Positions 1-10,237 of a stretch of 64,000 nt of DNA are shown piece after piece. Position 1 is the stretch's first letter. Each line of letters opens with the position of its first letter. Origin of the DNA: a bacterium (GTDB taxonomy: Bacteria; SZUA-182; DTGQ01; JBLIRR01); contig JBLIRR010000028.1 of the NCBI GenBank assembly GCA_049472395.1, positions 6,897-70,896 of the forward strand, written 5' to 3'. Position numbers and translations under genes: made by a program. The notes below the pieces were generated by a model. That model ran no database searches, was not told the origin of the DNA, and worked only from the letters and a program-made list of their open reading frames with translations.

Positions 1-5
1 GTGCC

Positions 6-872
6 ATGTTAAATTTTTGGAGACTTTTAATTTTTTTATTTATAGTTTTTTTATCTTTTAGTATGGTCGAGATAATTTGGGGAGCAAAATGTCCTGAGGA
101 ATGGAGTCGTCCTAACCCACTTATGGATTATGCGCCCCAAGTGATTGGTGTCTATGATACAATTTATTCTCAATTACAAGAATCTGACTGCCGGAGTTGC
201 CATGGTAGTGGTAGTGGGATGGGCGGCGGTGGCCATGGTGAAAGCATAGCTGGTAGACACCATTCACTGGACTACCCATGTACATATTGTCATGAGACAG
301 AATCGCCGAAAAAATGCGGTGGAGAAATAGAGCGGAATTGTATGGCTGTTGGATGTCATGACACTTATGAAAATGGCTGGCACCACCTTACAGAAGAGTC
401 ATCCGCTGGGCAATGCGATGTCTGTCATACTAATATTGAAATTAATGGGGATATCCCAGAGTGTCCACCAGGAATTACCATCCCCTCTCCCTTCTCATGC
501 GAGAACTGCCATTGGGAACAAAGAATGCCTATGGAAGGGGGAAAGCCCATCTATGGATACCAAGATACCCATCATATGCAGTTTAAGGGTAATTTTGCTG
601 GTGACTGCTTCCGGTGTCACGCTGGAAATGGGCCTTATAATCTTAGCTGGGATCTTAATTATAATCCTAGCTGGAATCCTAATGATGAATGTCTTATGCG
701 TTATTGTGAGAAATGCCATAGTCCAGATAGTCTTCATGCCATCCATACGAACTCCGTTCATGCTTGGGAGGCAGTGGGCTGGCATGTTGACTCTGATAGC
801 TGTGAAGATGTTAATCCTACTATCTTTAGAGTATTTGAGGATGTGTTATGCCTTGGATGTCATGAGGATTAA
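6..872 (+). CDS. secreted multihaem c-type cytochrome (octahaem-like)
   Basis: 288-aa ORF with a hydrophobic N-terminal signal-like segment. Seven CXXCH motifs (CRSCH, CTYCH, CDVCH, CENCH, CFRCH, CEKCH, CLGCH) plus one CX4CH (CMAVGCH). Many additional His residues. Confidence 0.85.
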   Translation: MLNFWRLLIFLFIVFLSFSMVEIIWGAKCPEEWSRPNPLMDYAPQVIGVYDTIYSQLQESDCRSCHGSGSGMGGGGHGESIAGRHHSLDYPCTYCHETESPKKCGGEIERNCMAVGCHDTYENGWHHLTEESSAGQCDVCHTNIEINGDIPECPPGITIPSPFSCENCHWEQRMPMEGGKPIYGYQDTHHMQFKGNFAGDCFRCHAGNGPYNLSWDLNYNPSWNPNDECLMRYCEKCHSPDSLHAIHTNSVHAWEAVGWHVDSDSCEDVNPTIFRVFEDVLCLGCHED

Positions 873-1135
873 GAATATAGAATCACCTCTATATTATCTG
901 GGTATTTTATTATATATTTGAAATTTCTTTAAAAAACGTATACCCTAATTGGCATGACTACACAACAGCTAATTGATACTATCGCTCAATTAGAAAATAT
1001 ATCCAAACATATGGCAAAAACAGTTATTGAGACTGTGACTGAAAAATTACAATAAAACTATGGATTATAATAGGAATAATTTTTCTATTCTTTCTTCTTC
1101 GAAAGAAGAAAAGGTAAGCCAAAGTAAGAATTCCT

Positions 1136-3355
1136 ATGAGGAAGAAAAAATCAAGTTTAAAACACCAAGGTCGAATTACAAGTGAGATAAATGATGGTGA
1201 TATTGTTGACACCTTTATAAAAGATTATTCATTGCCCTCAAGAACTAGAAAAAATAAAGCCCCTTCACGCAGAAAAGATAATACTTATAATGCATCGCTC
1301 GCGGGATATCCCTCGCCGGAAGTCTTGGCAGGAACAGAACGGAAAATAAAAAGATTACAGAAGATAGCAGAATCTATCGAAACAAAGGTCATTAAATTAG
1401 AATCAACAACCGTTCAGCAGAATAAATTTACAATAAACTATCAAAAAGAGTTGAATCAAAGCCAATATTTTGCGGCTACAACAATAAATGGTCCCCTCTT
1501 GGTGATTGCTGGAGCAGGTTCAGGAAAAACGAGGACACTTACCTATAGAGTAAGTTACCTGATTGAAAATAACATTGATCCCTCCGGAATTCTCCTACTT
1601 ACATTCACAAGAAAAGCAGCTCAAGAAATGATTTCCCGAACAATGGTATTACTAAAAAGTAATAAGGCACAAAAAATAATGGGGGGGACTTTTCATTCAA
1701 CGGCTAATCATATATTGAGGAAATATTCAAAATTTTTGAATATTTCTCCGAATTTTTCAATACTCGACACAACGGATTCTCAAGATATAATTGCTTTGAT
1801 TCGTGATGATCAAAAATTTGATAAAAAAGAAATTGCATTTCCTAAAAAGGGAAGAATCCAAGGAATCATTTCAAAATCTAGAAATTGTCGTATTCCAATA
1901 ACTAAAGTCATAGAAAAAGATTATAGCGCTCTATCTATTTATATTAAGGAGATAGAGCTCATAAACAGAATTTATCAAAAATATAAAAAATCAAATAATC
2001 TATTTGACTATGATGACTTAGTGGATTCTTTTATACAATCGCTAAAAGAAAATCAACATTTCAAGGAAATAATACAAAATACCTATCATTACGTAATGGT
2101 TGATGAATATCAGGATACGAACATTCCGCAAAAAGAGTTGGTTGACTTAATCAGTGCTAAACACAAAAACATTATGGTTGTTGGGGATGATTCCCAGAGC
2201 ATATATTCGTTCAGGGGGGCAAACTATGAGAATATCCTCACATTCCCTGAAAGATATCCTGATTGCAGAGTTGTAAAAATTGAGGAAAACTATAGAAGTA
2301 ATCAAGGGATATTGAATTTTACTAATGCCCTTATTCACCATGCAAAAATCGGGTATAAAAAGAAACTGTTTTCAAAAAACACCAATAACTTTAAGCCTGT
2401 ATATCAAAAGTTCGATAGCCAGGAAGGTGAGTCTGAATACATAGTCGATAAAATCCTGCAATTAAGGGAAAAAGGAATAGAATTGAATCAAATAGCTGTA
2501 TTATACAGAGCCACTTATCATGGGAACCATATTCAGGCAGAATTAGTTAAAAGGAATATCCCTTATGTCGTGGTGGGTGGAATAAAATTCATTGAGCGAA
2601 AACATGTTAGGGATATTATCGCCTTTTTAAGAATAGCTTTAAATCCTTACGATGCTGTTTCATGGCATCGAATATTGAAACTGGTGTATGGCATAGGAGA
2701 GATCACAGCAAAGAAAATAATCAGTACTATCAACAGATACGATGGGCAATTAAATTTTTCGGAATATTCTAAAAATAAATTTTATGGAGAGTTGGTAAAG
2801 CTAAAGGCAGTTATTGAGGAAATAGTAGATCAAGATTCTAAAATTCCAAACAAGATAGAAATTATAAAAGCGTATTATGCTCCAATCTTAAAAAGCCAAG
2901 AAACTGATTACAAGATAAGGTTATTAGATATTGATTTTCTTTATAATCTCGGAGGTAAATATGACAGTTTAGAGAAGTTTTTGTCAGATTTTGCTCTCGA
3001 TCCTCCTTCTAACAAATTCCAAAATTATAACCAACCTCTTATAGATGAAACAGAGGATAAGCCTTTAACATTATCGACTGTACATTCAGCTAAAGGGCTT
3101 GAGTGGCATTCCGTGTTTATCCCTCACTTGTTAGACGGATTATTCCCTTCAGTAAGATCAATGAATAATATGGAAGAATTGGAAGAAGAAAGACGTTTAT
3201 TTTATGTAGCTTGCACGAGAGCTAAAGAACAATTATATTTAACCATGCCATCCTACTTTTCTTCTTGGGATGCATTTTTCACCCTTCCTTCCCGATTTTT
3301 AGTGGAGATCGATAAAAAATTTTATCAGAAAGAAAAAGGAATCTTATATCAATAA
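1136..3355 (+). CDS. UvrD/Rep/PcrA-family ATP-dependent DNA helicase
   Basis: 739 aa. Superfamily-1 helicase motifs: Walker A AGAGSGKT, motif II MVDEYQDTN, SFRGA, TVHSAKGLEW, YVACTRAK. About 110 aa of basic N-terminal extension. Confidence 0.9.
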   Translation: MRKKKSSLKHQGRITSEINDGDIVDTFIKDYSLPSRTRKNKAPSRRKDNTYNASLAGYPSPEVLAGTERKIKRLQKIAESIETKVIKLESTTVQQNKFTINYQKELNQSQYFAATTINGPLLVIAGAGSGKTRTLTYRVSYLIENNIDPSGILLLTFTRKAAQEMISRTMVLLKSNKAQKIMGGTFHSTANHILRKYSKFLNISPNFSILDTTDSQDIIALIRDDQKFDKKEIAFPKKGRIQGIISKSRNCRIPITKVIEKDYSALSIYIKEIELINRIYQKYKKSNNLFDYDDLVDSFIQSLKENQHFKEIIQNTYHYVMVDEYQDTNIPQKELVDLISAKHKNIMVVGDDSQSIYSFRGANYENILTFPERYPDCRVVKIEENYRSNQGILNFTNALIHHAKIGYKKKLFSKNTNNFKPVYQKFDSQEGESEYIVDKILQLREKGIELNQIAVLYRATYHGNHIQAELVKRNIPYVVVGGIKFIERKHVRDIIAFLRIALNPYDAVSWHRILKLVYGIGEITAKKIISTINRYDGQLNFSEYSKNKFYGELVKLKAVIEEIVDQDSKIPNKIEIIKAYYAPILKSQETDYKIRLLDIDFLYNLGGKYDSLEKFLSDFALDPPSNKFQNYNQPLIDETEDKPLTLSTVHSAKGLEWHSVFIPHLLDGLFPSVRSMNNMEELEEERRLFYVACTRAKEQLYLTMPSYFSSWDAFFTLPSRFLVEIDKKFYQKEKGILYQ

Positions 3356-3493
3356 TCAACCTCAAATAGACCCAGCTGACCTTTTACGTCAAAAGGCTCT
3401 ATTAGCCTTATGTTCTCCAAAAGCCAGCTGTGGGCCTTTTCATAGACTTCACAGCATGCCTTAGCTTCATCGGCCTTTGTCATTGGCCGAAAA

Positions 3494-3853
3494 TCAGCCA
3501 AATTGATCGCTTTTAGAGAACTTAGGAAAACAATCCGCCCCGACTACTTCAATTCCTAATAAATGGGATATTATATCGAGCACGGTAATGGAGTCATGTT
3601 CATCATCGGCTATTAATGTGGCACCCATGACAACTAAGTTTTCAAGAGGCTTATCAGCATAAGGATCTTTATTAAATAAATCCCTAACATATGATTGAAT
3701 TAAGGGTATGTATGCTGTTCCTCCCACTAAAATAACCTTGTCAATGTCCGAGGGCTCCATTGATGCTTCTTCCAAACATTGTTGCGTTATGCTTTTAATC
3801 TTACTGAATAAGTCACTTGATGCCTCTTCAAATTCTTGTCGTGATACGGGCAT
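3494..3853 (-). pseudogene. Hsp70/DnaK-family gene fragment
   Basis: 119-aa ORF matching only the end of an Hsp70 nucleotide-binding domain and the start of the substrate-binding domain (DKVILVGGTAYIPLIQSYV, VLDIISHLLGIEV). No ATPase N-terminus or lid on either flank. Confidence 0.7.
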
Positions 3854-4217
3854 AGTGAAATTATAATTCTTATCATCTTATCAATAAGCGAATGCTTGGT
3901 ATATATCTTAGTAGGCTTCCCTGATAATAAATATGGATAGAAGTAGCAGTAGCAGTGAGAGGGGGGTCCGGGGAGAATAGATAACTTTTTATTTTAAAAA
4001 AAGATTATATAATTCTCTGTTATTTTAAATTTATTTAAGATTAATAACTGTGAATAACTTGTAGATAAAATGTGAATAATAATGTTATTTTATTTTACTC
4101 TAACATATTATGTTAATTTATCTATGTTATATCGTAATACTCTTTACTAGACTGCCTTAAAAATGGGAGCGTTTGAGCTTACAAAAAATATTAGCCATTT
4201 AAAAAAGGAGATCAGTC

Positions 4218-4733
4218 ATGGTAAAGAGCAATAACAGTATATCACAACACTTACGAGGCAAAAAGGGGAATATGCTTACATATCAGGTGCAAAGAAAGAA
4301 TCTGGAGCATGTAATGGTTATACCTATTGAGATAGGCAAAAGCTACAATAAAGCATTAATTGCCAATTATTTTGTTTCCCTTCTTAAAGAACCTTTTGAG
4401 TTTCATAATAGTCAGGAAGGCTGTCAACACTTGTATAATACCATATCTTCTATATATAAAAGTCAACCGGTAGAGGAAATTCTCATCGGCATGGAAGCGA
4501 CAGACCATTATTATAAAATGCCGGCCTCATCTCTGTCCGCGATGGGATATAATAATCTATTCATACTGAATCCTCTTTCTACCTCTCATTGTCGCAAAGC
4601 GGAGCTCACGTGGTTCAAGACAGCTGACTTTCCAAAAGAAAGTATCTTTGAGTTTCTTATAGATAACCCTGACCTTTTCTACATTTTATCCGATTATTCC
4701 CATCATATAATCGATTTGATAATATTATATTGA
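4218..4733 (+). pseudogene. IS110-family transposase, N-terminal DEDD domain only
   Basis: IGMEATDHYYK and FILNPLSTSHCRKAELTWFKTAD resemble the mEaTG.Y and NP....KTD core of IS110 transposases. The C-terminal half is absent. Confidence 0.5.
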
Positions 4734-4860
4734 TTGGTGATACGATAAATTCTATACCAAACAATATTGTTAAGACAGGCATTTATTAGTATTGCGTTAC
4801 TATTATTTTTGCAGTATCATAGGTATACAATACTAACATAATTGAAGGAAGTAGGAAAAT

Positions 4861-6090
4861 ATGCTCGAAGAACTTTTTAATTTAAGTCGGCATTTTTTGA
4901 AAAACTATAACAGAGCATACATCAGATATTTTTTAAAAAAATATAATCTACATAGCAGATTTTCGATAATAACCGGTCAACGGGGTGTTGGCAAATCGAC
5001 AGCTCTTATTCAGAAATTACTCGTATATGCTGGTAATGATATACTTTCAAAAAAGATCCTTTATATACAAGCAGATCATTTTCTCATTGGAAAATATTCT
5101 TTATATGAAATATCCGAAGAATTCTATAACAAAGGGGGGGAAATAATATGTTTTGATGAGATTCATAAATATCCAGACTGGTCAATAGAATTAAAAAGTA
5201 TATACGATACATTTATGGATTTAATAATTCTTGCCTCAGGTAGCTCAGCGTTAGAAATATATAAAGGAAGCCATGATCTCTCCAGAAGGGCTATTATATA
5301 TAAGATGCAAGGAATGTCATTTAGAGAGTTTCTTGAGCTATCATTAAACAAGAACTTTGTGAGTTATTCGTTGAAAACAATTCTGGAAGAACATGAACAG
5401 ATTGCCAACAAAATAATTGAAAAGCTAGCAAATAAAAAGATTTTGTCTCTTTTTGAAGATTATCTGACATACGGATATTACCCATATTATTTAGAGTATA
5501 AAGATAAGGCTCTTTTTTATATTGCTCTTGAGCAAAATATACATACAACAATAGAAGCAGATCTGCTTTCAATTTATCCTTCTCTAACTGGAATAAGCAT
5601 TAAAAAGATAAAAAAACTGCTCTCCTTTATAGCTGGGTGTGTTCCGTTTATACCTGATATAAAGAAGCTTAAAGAAATTTTAGAAATTGGTGATGAAAGA
5701 ACTCTAAAAACATATCTTAAGTATCTTGAGGATGCAGGAATTATTCTTCAATTTGCAAAGTCAAGGCAGAGTCTTAAAGGTTTAGGCAAACCTGAAAAGA
5801 TATATCTTAATAACACCTGTCAACTATTCGCCTTAAAAGGTACTACAAAAGAGAATATAGGTACAGTAAGAGAAATATTTTTTGTTAATATGCTTTATTC
5901 TGAACATAACCTTTCAATTCCAAATAAAGGAGACTTTTTAATAGATGGCGAGCTTCTTTTTGAAATTGGTGGGAAAAAGAAAAGTTATTCTCAGATAAAA
6001 GACATTCAAAAATCATTTCTTGCTATAGATGATATTGAGAGTGGATTTGGAAATAAGATCCCTTTATGGCTTTTTGGATTTTTATATTAA
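4861..6090 (+). CDS. AAA+ ATPase (AAA_14 plus DUF4143-type)
   Basis: 409 aa. Walker A GQRGVGKST, Walker B-like ICFDEIHKY, SD-like GAAGGAAG upstream. Paralogous to 34717..35955 and to the fragment at 28503..28759. Confidence 0.8.
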   Translation: MLEELFNLSRHFLKNYNRAYIRYFLKKYNLHSRFSIITGQRGVGKSTALIQKLLVYAGNDILSKKILYIQADHFLIGKYSLYEISEEFYNKGGEIICFDEIHKYPDWSIELKSIYDTFMDLIILASGSSALEIYKGSHDLSRRAIIYKMQGMSFREFLELSLNKNFVSYSLKTILEEHEQIANKIIEKLANKKILSLFEDYLTYGYYPYYLEYKDKALFYIALEQNIHTTIEADLLSIYPSLTGISIKKIKKLLSFIAGCVPFIPDIKKLKEILEIGDERTLKTYLKYLEDAGIILQFAKSRQSLKGLGKPEKIYLNNTCQLFALKGTTKENIGTVREIFFVNMLYSEHNLSIPNKGDFLIDGELLFEIGGKKKSYSQIKDIQKSFLAIDDIESGFGNKIPLWLFGFLY

Positions 6091-6229
6091 GTAAAATGAC
6101 TGACCAAGTGACGATACGGGGCCTTAAAATCTATTCTTCTATTCTTTAAAGTCATTAGATGGGTTACCACTATTCTTGGAAAAGAACCGGATGATACATT
6201 CTGCACCAATGATATGATCGGAAGAGAGT

Positions 6230-7562
6230 CGTGTGGTCAAAAAATTAAAATGAATGTAACTCCTCTTTTTTCTTAGCTTTATACAGGATTTATAACGATA
6301 TATCCGTCCGTTTCGATTATGCCGGCTTTGCGATAATAATAATTCAACATTCCATCAATCCGTGATCTACGTATAATAGTGCCTTTATTCTGGGGTGGAT
6401 TGTGACCCTGAGGAGGAAGTAATAGCACATTCCCTTTGCCCTGATGATTTCGTTCAGCATGATAATGTGTTATATATTCTCCTAAAACCCTTGTCAAACT
6501 TTGCTCTCCGAAAAAAATAAGCTTTGATAAACATTCGGATTTTATACTTAGTACAAACCTCTCCGCGTATGAATTCAAATTTGGACTTTTGGCCGGCAAT
6601 TTGAGAGATTCCACCCCACTGGATCTAATGCTTTCTCTAAATGAATCACAAAACTTTGAATCACGATCATGAATTAAATATCGGTAACCATTTAGAAAGC
6701 CCCAGTCCGCCATGGTTATATTCCGGGCCATCTGCTTCATCCAATTTTTATCAGGGTTTGGAGTTGCACCTGCAATATACACCTTTCGGCTGCCAATGTG
6801 AATGAAAAACAGGATATAATAAGTAACCAGTCCAGCCGGTGTTATTACTTCGGTAGTGAAAAAATCACACGCGGTCAAAATATTTTCATGAGCTTTTATG
6901 AATGCAGCCCAGTTACTGTCTTTCTTACGCTCTGGAGCTGGTAGAATCCCATTTCGCTTCAAGACATTACCCACCTTTTGATCGCTGATTTCATATCCAA
7001 GATTCGACAAAACACCCACGATCCTATCGTAACCCCAACCTGGATTTTCTTGTGCAAAGCGAATGATAAGATCTTGTATTTCTAGATCAAGCCTTGGTCG
7101 GCCAGCTTTTCTCCGATTTATCGATCCATCTAATTTCTTTGCCACCAGCTTACGTTACCATTTCATGATGGTCTCAAGTTTTACAATGCAAGCAACATCT
7201 CTCAATGCTTTAATGCCCATCCGTTTTCCAATCTGGGCCAAGCGTATTCGTTCTTTATCATTTAAATGAAATGACTCGATCTTTGATTTTAAAATCTCAT
7301 TTTCAGCAGCCAGATATTCATTTCGGATGAGCAATTCTTCGTCCACATATCCACCTACCAGTGCCAGTGCCTCAATAGCCTTCATATTTATCCTCCACTA
7401 TTATAACGTATTACTTTTAAATTATAATGAGTCTATATATGAAAGCTTATCATAGCCATTTAAATGGTACAATAATGATGACGGACAGAATATTTGCTTG
7501 CTTTTTATTATGAGAACTTAATAATTAAGCATTTATACTGTTCTGAATATTTTGACTACACG
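6230..7562 (-). mobile_element. IS element with rve/DDE transposase (IS481/IS3-superfamily-like), inactivated
   Basis: Imperfect terminal inverted repeats bracket the transposase frame: CGTGTGGTCAAAAAATT (6230-6246) and the reverse complement of 7546-7562, CGTGTAGTCAAAATATT (15/17 match). No clear target-site duplication seen. Confidence 0.6.
6279..7385 (-). pseudogene. DDE (rve integrase-core) transposase interrupted by a single in-frame TAA
   Basis: ORFs 7155..7385 (HTH-like N-terminus) and 6279..7145 (integrase core, ...[13 protein letters not shown]) are in the same frame. Only the TAA at 7155-7157 separates them (..[14 protein letters not shown]..). Confidence 0.8.
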
Positions 7563-7776
7563 GATTCCATGAAAGTCATTGCCTTTATTTATAACCTCGC
7601 CGAATACTATATATAAGATTCTTGATCATCTTCGCCTATGGAAAGACAAGCCTTCTCGTGATCCACCTCCATGCGGTCTTGAAGATGCATCAGCGGAGTA
7701 TGAACAATTATATAAAGACACGCTGTATTATGATGATCCTTGTATTTCTGTAAATTAAAAGGCTTTAAATTGTACT
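7563..7776 (+). mobile_element. remnant of the 3' end of an IS91-family (Y2) transposase gene, copy A
   Basis: Reads MKVIAFI / FITSPNTIYKILDHLRLWKDKPSRDPPP...ISVN* (stop 7756-7758), matching the ..IAFI.dp.vi.KIL.HL.LW...PP C-terminal signature as I recall it. A 4-nt insertion shifts the frame. It starts exactly at the right end of the IS at 7562. 7591-7776 is repeated at 31268-31453. Confidence 0.5.
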
Positions 7777-7826
7777 ATTCTCAATTCTTTATGTATAGTC
7801 CTTTCATGTTCAGAAAAGCGATTTCT
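7768..7826 (+). repeat. 59-bp dispersed repeat (inverted copy at 16042-16100; partial copy at 57329-57357)
   Basis: AATTGTACTATTCTCAATTCTTTATGTATAGTCCTTTCATGTTCAGAAAAGCGATTTCT. The reverse complement of 16042-16100 matches at 55/59 positions. Confidence 0.85.
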
Positions 7827-7888
7827 ATCAGTTTATGATGAGGAATATGTTTATTAATTTGATTTTTCCATTCACCAGGTCAAAAACC

Positions 7889-7990
7889 TTCGCCTTTCAG
7901 GCGAATAGCTTTAGCACATTTTTATAATTAAATAAGCCAATACCAATTAGATGACTTTCAGTCATATTAGAAATCTACCGGCTTTAGCCG
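7889..7990. other. three short stem-loops with TTTCA/TTTA loops (REP-like)
   Basis: TTCGCC-TTTCA-GGCGAA (7889-7905), ATGAC-TTTCA-GTCAT (7951-7965), CGGC-TTTA-GCCG (7979-7990). The CCTTTCAGGC core recurs at 16055-16066 and 17741-17780. Confidence 0.4.
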
Positions 7991-8251
7991 ATAGTGGTTT
8001 AATTGCCTCTATTTTCTAGATTATATCTATGTTCATAGATTATCTCAATTATCTCTATTTTATAGATGGTAATATATCACTTGTAATTTTGATTTGCCTA
8101 TAGGGCTCTTGTAATTCGACCATTTATATTTAATTTTCAAACTATTAGGATTTATGATCCTTGGGATTATAAAATAGATATAGGCCACTTTTTGACATCT
8201 TTAGGTCTTATATCTATCATTAGGTTATTCTCCCTGTGTAGTAGCTGAATG

Positions 8252-8266
8252 CGGCACAGAGTTCGC
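8252..8266 (+). promoter_or_regulatory. candidate sigma-54 (-24/-12) promoter upstream of the GT39 gene
   Basis: CGGCACAGAGTTCGC has GG and GC at canonical spacing, with C instead of T before the GG. The predicted TSS is about 30 nt before the ATG at 8308. Confidence 0.35.
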
Positions 8267-8307
8267 GGCATGATATTTAGTATATTTTGTATAAGTAGAG
8301 TCATATT

Positions 8308-9876
8308 ATGAACCAGTATAGTAGACTACCTAAACAACAATCTCGCATATCTCTTTTTTTAATTGATCATGCCCATTTGCTTTTTATTGCCATGGTCAGT
8401 GGAGTAATTCATCTCCTCCCGCTGTTTCTTTTCCCGGAATATGGATATTTCAGGGATGAGTTTTATTATATTGCCTGTGCGAAACGGCTAGCCTTCGGAT
8501 ATGTCGATCATCCACCGCTTGCACCCTTTTTCCTACGTGTAGTATTGTTGACATTAGGGGATTCTCTGCTTGCCATTCGTATCTTACCCTCTTTTTCAGG
8601 GGCGATTACGGTATTTCTGACCGGATATATCGCTCATCAATTAGGTGCAGGGAAATTTGGACAATCCACTGCGGCTATTGCGATGGCGGTTTCTCCCCTT
8701 TTCCTTGGCATACATGGATTCTTCTCAATGAATCCTTTTGAAAATCTTTTCTGGGCAGCGTGTGTTTCCGTTATTATTAGGTTGATTCAAAGGGATAATC
8801 CCAAGCTCTGGCTGGTGGTTGGAGCCTTAATCGGTATTGGTCTGCTTAATAAGCATACCTTTGTTGTTTACGCAATAAGCGGGATTGCAGGACTTCTACT
8901 GACTCCTGCGAGGAGATACCTCACCGGGAAATGGATCTGGCTTGGTGCGGGTATTGCCGGAATAATTCTGCTGCCGAATATTATCTGGCAGTTTCAACAT
9001 CACTTCGTCTCGCTTGAATTTTACCAGCATGCAACGGCCTTTAAAAATATTGATGTTGCACCTCTCAGGAGCCTTTTTAACCAGATTATGTTTATGAATC
9101 CCGTAACATTTCCATTTTGGCTTGCTGGAGCCTGGTATTATCTCTTCTCCCGAGGAGGGAAACCCTATCGGCTTCTCGGATGGATTTACCTCTTCGTCCT
9201 GGTAACACTATTATTGGCTCGTTCCAGTCGTCCTGACAGAATCTTGGCCGTGTATCCGATGCTGTGTGCTGCAGGAGGACTCACCATAGGGAAGTTTGTG
9301 GAGCGTTTTCATATGCGCCTGATTTTCCAAACGGCTATCATAGCCGTATTATTTGTGTTTGGGAGCAGTATGGTACCGATAGGCGTTCCACTTTTGCCAC
9401 CATCCCTTGCTATAAGATATTTTCAGAAGCTTGGCGTATCGACCCAAATTGAAAAAGGGGTCAATCTCTCTCTGCCTCAATGGTATGCGGATCGTTTCGG
9501 CTGGAAGAAAATGGTCGCTAATATCGCTGAGGTCTATCAGAGTTTACCTGCAAAAGAAAAGCCGTACATTACGATCCTCGCTGGAAATTACGGCCAAGCC
9601 GGGGCCATTGAATTTTTTGGCCTCCAATATCATCTCCCCCAGGTGTTTAGCCTTCATAACAATTATCATCTCTGGGGGCCGCCTGATGAAAGCATGCGAA
9701 CATATATGGCAATAGGAATATCTTTTAAGGATTTGTCATCTGTCTTCGAGGATATAAAGCAGGTGAGAGTACATACATGTGAGTATTGCCGAGAAAATAA
9801 TCTCACGATTTACGTATGCCGGTGCCCCAAACGTTCAATCAAAGACCTATGGCCTAAGCTAAAACAGTATAGTTAA
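8308..9876 (+). CDS. glycosyltransferase family 39 (ArnT/PMT-like membrane glycosyltransferase)
   Basis: 522 aa and polytopic. N-terminal YFRDEFYYIACAKRLAFGYVDHPPLAPF loop typical of GT-C/PMT_2 enzymes, followed by a soluble C-terminal domain. Confidence 0.75.
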   Translation: MNQYSRLPKQQSRISLFLIDHAHLLFIAMVSGVIHLLPLFLFPEYGYFRDEFYYIACAKRLAFGYVDHPPLAPFFLRVVLLTLGDSLLAIRILPSFSGAITVFLTGYIAHQLGAGKFGQSTAAIAMAVSPLFLGIHGFFSMNPFENLFWAACVSVIIRLIQRDNPKLWLVVGALIGIGLLNKHTFVVYAISGIAGLLLTPARRYLTGKWIWLGAGIAGIILLPNIIWQFQHHFVSLEFYQHATAFKNIDVAPLRSLFNQIMFMNPVTFPFWLAGAWYYLFSRGGKPYRLLGWIYLFVLVTLLLARSSRPDRILAVYPMLCAAGGLTIGKFVERFHMRLIFQTAIIAVLFVFGSSMVPIGVPLLPPSLAIRYFQKLGVSTQIEKGVNLSLPQWYADRFGWKKMVANIAEVYQSLPAKEKPYITILAGNYGQAGAIEFFGLQYHLPQVFSLHNNYHLWGPPDESMRTYMAIGISFKDLSSVFEDIKQVRVHTCEYCRENNLTIYVCRCPKRSIKDLWPKLKQYS

Positions 9877-10237
9877 TTGCTCAGATTTTTTATTTTTTTA
9901 AGGTGACCCATGATAGAAATCCCTCTTTTTTTCGATCCTGACACATGATAAAATGGTATTTTCATAAAGCATAACACGGACACCATTCTTTGGGAACGAG
10001 ACCAGCGAACCATAGTTGCACTGGCTGCACCTGAAGCAATGAGCAATTTTTCCGTGGCATCGACAATTCCGAGAGGCAGGACTTTGTCCATTCCCGGTTT
10101 CGCTCCCAAAGTAACACCATTAAGGGCAACCTTATACGCCGTTGTACTCGCTTTCTCCTTGCGTATAGGATCCCCTTCAAAGCAGAATGTTTGGGTTAAC
10201 AGGCCGAAGACGCTTAAAAACAAAAAGTTCCTGATAA

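Noticed and set aside
349-921. Tracked ORFs 349..921(+) and 495..785(-) inside the cytochrome gene
   Set aside because: They overlap a gene with eight haem-binding motifs, and their own products have no features.
1136-6090. Defence-system reading (Gabija-like UvrD helicase + ATPase, or an Hsp70-associated system)
   Set aside because: The helicase looks like an ordinary full-length UvrD/PcrA-type enzyme. The ATPase is a DUF4143-type AAA, not OLD/TOPRIM. The two are separated by an Hsp70 fragment and an IS110 remnant, so there is no operon.
9873-10223. 116-aa ORF between the GT39 gene and the beta-barrel gene
   Set aside because: It has no recognisable motif. Its second half looks non-protein-like. 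Competing ORFs exist in two other frames (9962..10180, 10039..10260). It may be a decayed fragment and is not supportable as a gene.
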